From a virus (Duplodnaviria; Caudoviricetes): a stretch of DNA of 64,000 nucleotides. This document shows positions 37,958 through 45,962 of the stretch, one piece after another. The number at the start of each line of letters is the position of its first letter. Within the stretch, counting starts at the first letter, position 1. The stretch lies in the IMG/VR virus record IMGVR_UViG_3300025372_000010, positions 1-64,000 of that record; one strand, given 5' to 3'. The translations under genes and the position numbers were made by a program. The notes below the pieces were generated by a model. The model was not told the origin of the DNA. It searched no databases and was given only the letters and a program-made list of their open reading frames with translations.

Positions 37958-40900
37958 ATGAATAAGCTTTTACAATTATTAGTAGATACTGGTGATGTAT
38001 CACACAGAGCTCTTCCTGGGTTACAAAAAGCTCAGGTAGGTGGAACCTCTTTGTTTCAAGCTCCTGCTCCTATATATGATAATATTCCTAGCCTTGGTGC
38101 TGTTCGTAAGAATATTATGATGCAGCAACAAGCAGCACAACAAGCTGCTAACAGAGCTGCTCAGGAAAGACAAGGTAGCATTAGTAAAGCTGAAGCTCCT
38201 AGATCTGCTAGTTCTAAAGCTTGGGCTATGGCCACTCATCCTATGACTGCTGCTCAATATGTAATTGCGGGTAGAGGAATACCAGAGCATTTTGATAGAG
38301 GTCCTGAGAATAACTTAGATAATGCAATGGATGTAATAAATCCGTTCTTTTATGCTAATGAAGCAGGTCAAGCTATTTCTGGTGCGGGTAAATATGCTAT
38401 GGACCCATATCATAATAATCCTGCAATGTTAGGAGAAGCTGCTTTACATGGTATTACATCTGTACCATTATTTACAGAGTTTGCTCCTGAGCTAAAAGGA
38501 TTAACAAAAAACACTGGTAAAAACTTAAGACAGTTTTTAGGATATGCTACACAAGGTGTGCCTTTTGAAAGCACTATACCTAGACTTCCTGAAGGTGCTG
38601 TTAAAGATTTTAGACATATACAAGAGATAGCTAAGATGAAAGAGTCTGGAGCTAACTTGGCAGATAGAATGAAGTATGGTATAAAGAATGTGCCAGATAA
38701 TCACTTTGAGAGAATCTTTGAAATGCCTAAGTCTGAAGCACAAACTTATTTAGATAAAGGCTTTGGTCAAAACCCAGAACCTAAAAACTATTCTGTTTTA
38801 CCTAATAGATCTTTTGCTTCTGATCCTATAGATTTTGATCCTAGACAAGGAACTATTGATGATGTTAGACAACTTATCCTTCAAGGTTATATTACACATC
38901 ATCCTGAAACAGGCAATATGCTTTTAGCAAATGATGTACATCATCTTACTAATAGTCAATTAGATAATGCACTTAATGATTTATCTGCGGCTCATGATCG
39001 TCATTATGATCAAATCATGAGAGGTCACCAAATGCCTGCTGAAAGTCCAAGAGAAGTATATAGTTTAGAAGGATCTGATGCTGACATTGATCGTGATTTT
39101 ATGGATTATACTACAATGCCTTCTGATAACTTTGTAAGTAATGCAAGAAACACAGGTAGATTTAACTTTAATTTAGATAAGAATCCTAGAGCTGGAATGA
39201 ATATGAAGCAACAAGCTATGTATGAGCTTGGAGATGCTGCAAAGACAGGAGTTTCTAGATTAAAAGATATGTTGATTGATGCTTCTCAAAACTATCCATA
39301 CTACTCTGGTAATAATGTAGCTCATAAAGTACCTAGTCTTTTTAAAGCAGATAATACTTTAAAAGGATTAGCTAATACTGTTACTTCACAAGTAAACGAA
39401 GGATTAAAGTCAGGTGATGTATTTACTGGAAGTGAAAATACTTCTCATAATTCTTGGTTACCTCAGGTAAAACAAGTGTTTAATTATAAAGAAGGAGCTC
39501 CTCAGTTTTTAGGATATAAACCTATGAATCAATTAGGGTATCTTAATAAGATGGGAGTAGAAAATGAAGATATAGCTAAATACTTAAATAGTGAAATAGA
39601 TCTTTTACAAGGACGTAATAAGATACCTAATGATATACAAAGACCATTTATGAAAGGAGATCGTGTAATGCTTCCTCAATATGGTGTTAAACAGTTTCAA
39701 GTAGGTGGACCTATAGTAGATCCATTAGGTCAATGGGCTCATCCTGGTCAAATCACTCGTATACCTAGTAATCAAATAACTATGCAAGGAGTTCCTTATC
39801 CTGTATTAGGTGTAGGATCTAATGGACAGCATCAAATGATGTATCCAGGTGGTGAGTATTCTTTTGGAGGAGCTCAACATGTAGATGAATATCCTATGAT
39901 GGCAGGTGGTGGTATCACTCATGCAGGTCATCATTTTCCAGGATACAATCGTCCTATAGCAGACAGCGATGGTGTACATAAAAAAGTAGTGTTAGCTAAA
40001 GTGGGTAATAAAACAAAGGTTGTTCACTTTGGTGCTAAAGGATATAGTAATAATTATTCTGCTAAAGCAAGAGTTGCTTATAAAAGCCGTCATGCTGGTG
40101 AAGGTAGTCAATCTAAACTAACTGCAGGTTATTGGGCTTATCATAATTTATGGAGCTCACACTCTCCTGCTAATCATGCTGGTAAGCATAGTGGTCATGG
40201 AGAGAGATTTGCTCAAGATGGTGGTGAAATGAATATGTATCAAGATGGAGGTGGTTATAACGATAACCAAATATATAACTCAGTTCCTAAAAGAGTTACA
40301 TTCTTACGTCACGGTATAACAGATGAAGATCTTAGAGGAGAGAATAGTGGACAGAATGATATTCCTATTAATAATAAGGGAGTGTATGAAACACTAAAAA
40401 CAGCTCATCAGTTAGCTGATAGACCTGTTGATTATTTAGTTAACTCTCCTGTACCAAGAGCTGCTCAAACTACAGCTATATTAGCTGATGAATTAAGTTT
40501 ACCACATGTAGTAAATCCGTATCTTGCAGCATGGAATCTAGGTAAGTTTTCAGGTAGACCAGAAAAGGAGTTTAACGAAAAGTATTTTGTAAAAAACCCT
40601 GACGTTCCTGTTCCTGGTGGCGAAAGTTTTAATAACTTTAAAGAGAGAGTGTTAACTGGTTTAGATCAATTAGATGGTATGCCAGGCAATCCAGCTGTTG
40701 TCACTCATAGTAAGACCTTACAACTATTAGAAGCTTTACAAGCTAACAAGGGTGTATGGAACAAGAAAGCTGAACAGAAATATCTTTCAACAAAGACTAA
40801 AGAAGATAAACAACTTTACGAGTTTGATACTAACTTAGCAAAGATTGGTGGTAACTTAGAATATGGTGGTTTATTTAAAGCTGCATTTGGAGGACCAACT

Positions 40901-41005
40901 CCAGCTAAAGCTAGAGAAATACTACATGATAAAACCGTTAATGGTCATCCTATAACAGATAAACAAAGAAGATTCTTTGGTTGGATATCTTCCCAAAAAA
41001 AGTAA
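37958..41005 (+). CDS. Modular virion cargo protein with xxxGG motifs; includes a histidine phosphatase domain (probable start ATG 37958)
   Basis: Cys-free from ATG 37958; eight xxxGG motifs; FLRHG..SP..RA.QT..PGGES..VVTH domain at about 40290-40740. Confidence 0.8.
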   Translation: MNKLLQLLVDTGDVSHRALPGLQKAQVGGTSLFQAPAPIYDNIPSLGAVRKNIMMQQQAAQQAANRAAQERQGSISKAEAPRSASSKAWAMATHPMTAAQYVIAGRGIPEHFDRGPENNLDNAMDVINPFFYANEAGQAISGAGKYAMDPYHNNPAMLGEAALHGITSVPLFTEFAPELKGLTKNTGKNLRQFLGYATQGVPFESTIPRLPEGAVKDFRHIQEIAKMKESGANLADRMKYGIKNVPDNHFERIFEMPKSEAQTYLDKGFGQNPEPKNYSVLPNRSFASDPIDFDPRQGTIDDVRQLILQGYITHHPETGNMLLANDVHHLTNSQLDNALNDLSAAHDRHYDQIMRGHQMPAESPREVYSLEGSDADIDRDFMDYTTMPSDNFVSNARNTGRFNFNLDKNPRAGMNMKQQAMYELGDAAKTGVSRLKDMLIDASQNYPYYSGNNVAHKVPSLFKADNTLKGLANTVTSQVNEGLKSGDVFTGSENTSHNSWLPQVKQVFNYKEGAPQFLGYKPMNQLGYLNKMGVENEDIAKYLNSEIDLLQGRNKIPNDIQRPFMKGDRVMLPQYGVKQFQVGGPIVDPLGQWAHPGQITRIPSNQITMQGVPYPVLGVGSNGQHQMMYPGGEYSFGGAQHVDEYPMMAGGGITHAGHHFPGYNRPIADSDGVHKKVVLAKVGNKTKVVHFGAKGYSNNYSAKARVAYKSRHAGEGSQSKLTAGYWAYHNLWSSHSPANHAGKHSGHGERFAQDGGEMNMYQDGGGYNDNQIYNSVPKRVTFLRHGITDEDLRGENSGQNDIPINNKGVYETLKTAHQLADRPVDYLVNSPVPRAAQTTAILADELSLPHVVNPYLAAWNLGKFSGRPEKEFNEKYFVKNPDVPVPGGESFNNFKERVLTGLDQLDGMPGNPAVVTHSKTLQLLEALQANKGVWNKKAEQKYLSTKTKEDKQLYEFDTNLAKIGGNLEYGGLFKAAFGGPTPAKAREILHDKTVNGHPITDKQRRFFGWISSQKK

Positions 41006-41021
41006 TAACTATAAAAATACT

Positions 41022-42596
41022 ATGAAAGCTCAACAATCCGCTCAGAACCAAAAGATCATGCAATTGATCCAAGCCTATGCCCAAAAGACTGGTGTAGATC
41101 CTCAACAAATTATGCAACAGTTGCAGCAGATGCAACCTCAGCAAGCTCAACAAGCTATACAGCAAATGGCTCAAACCTTACAAGGACATGCTCAGCAAGC
41201 TCCTCAACAAGGTGGTATGCAAATGCCTGATATGAATCAGATGGCTAATGGAGGTATTAACAATCCAGGCTTTAAAGCTTTACCAGAGTTTGTACAACAT
41301 AGTATCATCTCTCATATGGCATATGGTGGAATGTATCCACAAATGGCTGAGGGTGGAAAACCTGAGTGGTTAATATCAGCTCAGCTTAAAGCTCAAGGTT
41401 ATTCTGGCGATGCCTTAGCTCAAAAGTTAGACTCTATGGCTCATGGTGGTGAAATGATTCGTAGAGCTGATGGTCATTATTCCAAGAGAGGTCTTTGGGA
41501 TAATATCCGTGCTGCTGCAGGTAGTGGTAAAAAACCTACTCCTGAAATGTTAAAGCAGGAAAAAAAGATCAAATCTGAAATGGCTTATGGCGGTCCTGTA
41601 TTTCCTAGTGGATATAGTAATAGTCCTGAGATAAGTAAAGCAAAAAGTAAAGCTATTAATAAAAAGCAAGATGGTGGCCCAGCAATGGGAGGAGCTCCAA
41701 TGGGAGATAATGATGGTGATGAAGGTCAACAATCAGCTCAACAACAAGGTTCAGCACCTATGATGCAACAACCACATCAAGAAATGATGGCAGGTCATCC
41801 AGGTGGAGGAGCTATGCATCCTATGGCATTAATGATGGCAATGAGTCAACATGCTGGTTCTGTACAGCATCACAAGAAACATCATAAGAAACATAAAGAT
41901 GGTGGATCTACATATGCTGATGGTGTATGGTACCAAGATGGTGGTGCAGCTTATTTACCAGACTATACAGAGTATGCATTAGGAGGAAGATATTTCTTAC
42001 CTAATGGACTTGGATCTTATAGAGATGGTGGTAACTTAAATAGAGGAGCTAGCTTAAACTTTATGCCTAGTGAAGCACCAGACTTATTTAGTCATGTACC
42101 TATTGAATCATTTAAGAGCTCAGGTCAAAAACCTCAGTCACAAATGTCTTTTGGTGGAGGTGTAGGTTATCCTGTAGCAGGAGCTGAGTTTGTAAGTGGT
42201 TACCCAGCAGGTTCAAGAACTCCAGATATAGCTGGTCACATGGCATACGGTGGTGGTGTAGGAGTTTATCCAGAAGGATATAACTTAGTTACTGGTGTAC
42301 CTAATCGTACTCCTGACGCTGCAGGTCATATGGCTTATGGTGGAATTCATATCAAGAAGTCTCATGAAGGTAAGTTTACTGAATGGGCTAAGCGTAATGG
42401 ATATTCTATGAGTCAAGCTATTTCAGCTGGTAAGAACTCTTCTAATCCTGCTGTTAGAAAAATGGCTACCTTTGCAGCTAATGCTCGTAAATGGAAACAC
42501 CAAGATGGTGGGATAGCAGTTGGTCAAGAAATGAATGTTACTCCAGAACAACTAGAGATGTTGAAGAAACAAGGTTATAAATTTGACGTTATATAA
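41022..42596 (+). CDS. Low-complexity modular cargo protein with about 14 MAxGG/xQDGG motifs (probable start ATG 41022)
   Basis: Q/M/G-rich, Cys-free; short folded-looking basic modules between the motifs. Confidence 0.8.
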   Translation: MKAQQSAQNQKIMQLIQAYAQKTGVDPQQIMQQLQQMQPQQAQQAIQQMAQTLQGHAQQAPQQGGMQMPDMNQMANGGINNPGFKALPEFVQHSIISHMAYGGMYPQMAEGGKPEWLISAQLKAQGYSGDALAQKLDSMAHGGEMIRRADGHYSKRGLWDNIRAAAGSGKKPTPEMLKQEKKIKSEMAYGGPVFPSGYSNSPEISKAKSKAINKKQDGGPAMGGAPMGDNDGDEGQQSAQQQGSAPMMQQPHQEMMAGHPGGGAMHPMALMMAMSQHAGSVQHHKKHHKKHKDGGSTYADGVWYQDGGAAYLPDYTEYALGGRYFLPNGLGSYRDGGNLNRGASLNFMPSEAPDLFSHVPIESFKSSGQKPQSQMSFGGGVGYPVAGAEFVSGYPAGSRTPDIAGHMAYGGGVGVYPEGYNLVTGVPNRTPDAAGHMAYGGIHIKKSHEGKFTEWAKRNGYSMSQAISAGKNSSNPAVRKMATFAANARKWKHQDGGIAVGQEMNVTPEQLEMLKKQGYKFDVI

Positions 42597-42604
42597 ATAT
42601 ACTT

Positions 42605-45600
42605 ATGAAGATACGTATTACTAAACTACCTAAGCTACCTAAAGCACAAGTTGGAATGGCTTCCACTCCTATATACAGTGTTAATGGTAGACAGTTAGAT
42701 CCTAACAATCCAGCTGATGCTCAGGAGATTGCAAATGCTAAAGCTGCATCTGATGCGGCTAATGCTCATTTTGCACAACCTAGCTCTATTGATATGTCTC
42801 AGTTTAAAGCTCCTATGGTTGGTCCTGTTTATCAAGATCCAGAACCAGAGAGTCCATCTGATCCTTATGGAAATATAGCTCGTCCTAAAGCTCAAGGTCA
42901 GTTAGTAAACCCTAGTACAAATCCAGGATTACTTAACCAAGTTAATCAGATGTCTGATAATGTAGGTTATGAAATGGATCAAAGATATCAGACAGATCCT
43001 AAGTTTAAAAGAAGACTTGATAGAAGCACAAGACCTGCTAATATAAACACATCTAATAATGTTTCTAATGCTATTAGTAACTTACAAAACTTTGGACAAG
43101 ATCTTCAAAAAGGTATAGGTGTGACATCTGCTTTAACAGATATGTTTGTTACTAATCCTCAAAGACAAAGAGATAATCAAGCACGTGTAAGAAGTGCTAT
43201 GCAGACAGATAACTTATTTCCTTTAGTTCCAGGTAATATGTCTGGTAACAAAGGAGACTATGTAGCTGCAGGAAGTAGATATGGTGACTTTAGACCTGAT
43301 GAGAAAGTAGCTAATAAAGGTATGTATAGTAGCTCATTTTATCCTGAGATGAGAGCTTTTCAATTAGGTGGTGGGTTAGATTATATGATGCCTAGTACAG
43401 TGTTACCTTCTTATACACCATCTTCTACAGCATTGCCTGTAAGATCTGCTGCACCTAGTAATACTCCTAGTACTAGATCATATTCTAATAATACTAGTAA
43501 TGCACATAGTAGCAATAACTCAGGTTCTTTTCCTTCTCACTATGATCATAACAATCCAGGTAATATTCATATTGGTGGTTTTGCTAAACAATATGGAGCT
43601 ACACAAGGTAGACCAGATGGAGATGGTTATGTAGCAGTATTTCCAGATATGCAAACTGGAATAAAAGCTATGAAAGATTTGTTATTTGGATCAGCTTATA
43701 GTAACTTGCCAATAAGTGCTGCTAGAACTAAATGGGTTGGATATGATAATCCAAGCTCAAGAGCTATTGCTAATGCTGTAGGAAGTGATAAAAAGCTATC
43801 TGACTTAAGCCCAGAAGAAAGAGAAAAAGTATTTAATGAGTTTATTAGATGGGAAGATGCTAATGTATACAATCAAATGAAAAAACAAGGTCTTGCTTAT
43901 CAACAAGGCGGACAAACTAATAATATGAAAATACGTATAACAGGTGCACCTGAGGCTGCTTATGGTGGTCAGTTTGGTTTTGGTATTGATCTAGGTCAAC
44001 GTGGTACATATGATACTATTACTAAGAACTCTTATGAGCATGTATCAGATACTATACCAGAAGCTAAAAATGGTGGTGCTACTATTGAAGCTGAGAAAGG
44101 AGAAACTGTAGTTTATAATAAAGATGGTGTATTAGTACATCAGAAGATTGGCGGTAAGCGTCACTTTGCTGGTGGTACTCCATTAGCAGTTCCTCAAGGA
44201 AGCTTTATTTTCTCTGATACAAAGAAGATGAAGATTAAAAACCCTGCTATCTTAGCTCACTTTAATAAAACTTATAAAGCAGGTGGAATTACTCCAGCTG
44301 ATGTTGCTAAGCAATATGATATAAATAAGTACCAAGCTATTATAGATGATCCTCAAGCAGATGATTTATCTAAGAATACAGCTAAGCTTATGTTATCTAA
44401 CTACAAAAAGAAGCTAGGTGGTTTAGCTTTAGTACAAGAGTCTATGAAAGGATTCCCACAAGGAGTTCCTGAATTAGCTAAGTCAACTTTTGGTCCACAA
44501 AAGCCTACAGAAGATAATGACACTCAAGCTAAATATGGTGGTTATTTTGCTGATGGTGGAGAAAGTGGAGATCCTGTAACTGATGAAATGAAGAAAGCTG
44601 CTAAGAGAGCTCAGACTAAAAAAGACTTAGAAGGCTATACTAAAGTAGCTGATGCTGATGGTAGAGTTTACTATCAAAAGAAAACTAAAGTTAAAGATGC
44701 TCAGCATGTTCCAGGATCAGATACACCAGGTCATTATGAAAAAGGATACAATGTGGATTTAACTGTTCGTGATAATGGCGTATCTCCTGATGACATTATG
44801 AACAATCCTGATAAGTATAAAACTTTCCATAAGTTATTAGAAGGAGCTCCTGAGGATATTAAGCGTAAAGCTGCTGAAGATTTATACTATCATGGTCATA
44901 TGCCAGGTAAGTATGTACCAGGTGAAAAAACTCCAGATCAAGATATTCCAGAAGAATGGAAGACTGATTACTTATATGAAGAACCAGAGCAACCAACTAC
45001 TCCAGGTGGTGGTGGCGGGGATAATAATACTAGGACTATTCCTACTAAGTTTAATCAAGGACGTAAACCTTTCTTTGGACATAACTTATTTGTAGCTCCT
45101 CAAAGAGATGTAAACTATGCAGCTCCAATGAATGCTATGATGCCTGAGCCTACATTCTATGACCCTAGTAGAGAATTAGCTAGTAACGAAGAGCAGTCTA
45201 ATGCTATGTTAGCTTATATGTCTGGATTAGGTAGTCCTCAGTCATATGCTGCTAATGCATCTGCTGTACAAGGAAATGCTCTTAGAAATGCAGCTGATAT
45301 TAATGGTAGATATAATAACTTAAATGTAGGGGTAGCTAATCAATTTAGTCCTTTACAAACTAATATAATGAACCAGTTAATGCAATATCAAGCTAACAGA
45401 GCTGATACATTAGCTTGGAATCAAAACCAAATGAACAAGTCTTATAATAATAGTCTTAGAAACTATTTAGGATCTGTAGATAAATACAGAGCTAATGATT
45501 ACGACTACTACACTAAGAGAAATATTACTAATGCTGTTAATCCATACTTTAACTATGTAGATGGACCAGGTGGAGGTAATATTCAGTTTAAGCCAGGTGT

Positions 45601-45904
45601 AGATCAATACAGTATGATTACTGGTAGATTTAATATGCCAGGTATGCAACAACAGCAAGGTCTTAGCGGTGATCAATACTTAGCTACTATGCAAAATCTT
45701 AGATCTAAGTATAAAGACTTATCCCCAGGTCAGTTAAATAAAGCTATTGGATTAATGTATCCAGGTATGGGAGGTTCTGCTAACAATAGAGCAATGATGG
45801 CTCAGTATATGTCTCAAGCAATGAATAATCCTTATAACGCATCTAATCCAATATATCGTGGAGGTTATGATATTAATTCACCTTTTGATACTGGAGAAGA
45901 GTAA
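42605..45904 (+). CDS. Virion cargo protein with lysozyme-like NNPGNI domain and xxxGG motifs
   Basis: HNNPGNI..AVFPD...G..A...LL; IEAEKGE..GG.RH..GGTP..FIFSD module; Cys-free. Confidence 0.8.
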   Translation: MKIRITKLPKLPKAQVGMASTPIYSVNGRQLDPNNPADAQEIANAKAASDAANAHFAQPSSIDMSQFKAPMVGPVYQDPEPESPSDPYGNIARPKAQGQLVNPSTNPGLLNQVNQMSDNVGYEMDQRYQTDPKFKRRLDRSTRPANINTSNNVSNAISNLQNFGQDLQKGIGVTSALTDMFVTNPQRQRDNQARVRSAMQTDNLFPLVPGNMSGNKGDYVAAGSRYGDFRPDEKVANKGMYSSSFYPEMRAFQLGGGLDYMMPSTVLPSYTPSSTALPVRSAAPSNTPSTRSYSNNTSNAHSSNNSGSFPSHYDHNNPGNIHIGGFAKQYGATQGRPDGDGYVAVFPDMQTGIKAMKDLLFGSAYSNLPISAARTKWVGYDNPSSRAIANAVGSDKKLSDLSPEEREKVFNEFIRWEDANVYNQMKKQGLAYQQGGQTNNMKIRITGAPEAAYGGQFGFGIDLGQRGTYDTITKNSYEHVSDTIPEAKNGGATIEAEKGETVVYNKDGVLVHQKIGGKRHFAGGTPLAVPQGSFIFSDTKKMKIKNPAILAHFNKTYKAGGITPADVAKQYDINKYQAIIDDPQADDLSKNTAKLMLSNYKKKLGGLALVQESMKGFPQGVPELAKSTFGPQKPTEDNDTQAKYGGYFADGGESGDPVTDEMKKAAKRAQTKKDLEGYTKVADADGRVYYQKKTKVKDAQHVPGSDTPGHYEKGYNVDLTVRDNGVSPDDIMNNPDKYKTFHKLLEGAPEDIKRKAAEDLYYHGHMPGKYVPGEKTPDQDIPEEWKTDYLYEEPEQPTTPGGGGGDNNTRTIPTKFNQGRKPFFGHNLFVAPQRDVNYAAPMNAMMPEPTFYDPSRELASNEEQSNAMLAYMSGLGSPQSYAANASAVQGNALRNAADINGRYNNLNVGVANQFSPLQTNIMNQLMQYQANRADTLAWNQNQMNKSYNNSLRNYLGSVDKYRANDYDYYTKRNITNAVNPYFNYVDGPGGGNIQFKPGVDQYSMITGRFNMPGMQQQQGLSGDQYLATMQNLRSKYKDLSPGQLNKAIGLMYPGMGGSANNRAMMAQYMSQAMNNPYNASNPIYRGGYDINSPFDTGEE

Positions 45905-45959
45905 ACCTAGTAAGTTTAGCTTTAAACTTTAAATATTTTTCGTTATATTATTAATGTAC
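45902..45959 (+). promoter_or_regulatory. Putative late promoter/operator, copy 5
   Basis: TAAAC-CTAGTAA-GTTTA (45902) and GTTATATTATTAATGTAC (45942). Confidence 0.65.
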
Positions 45960-45962
45960 CCT

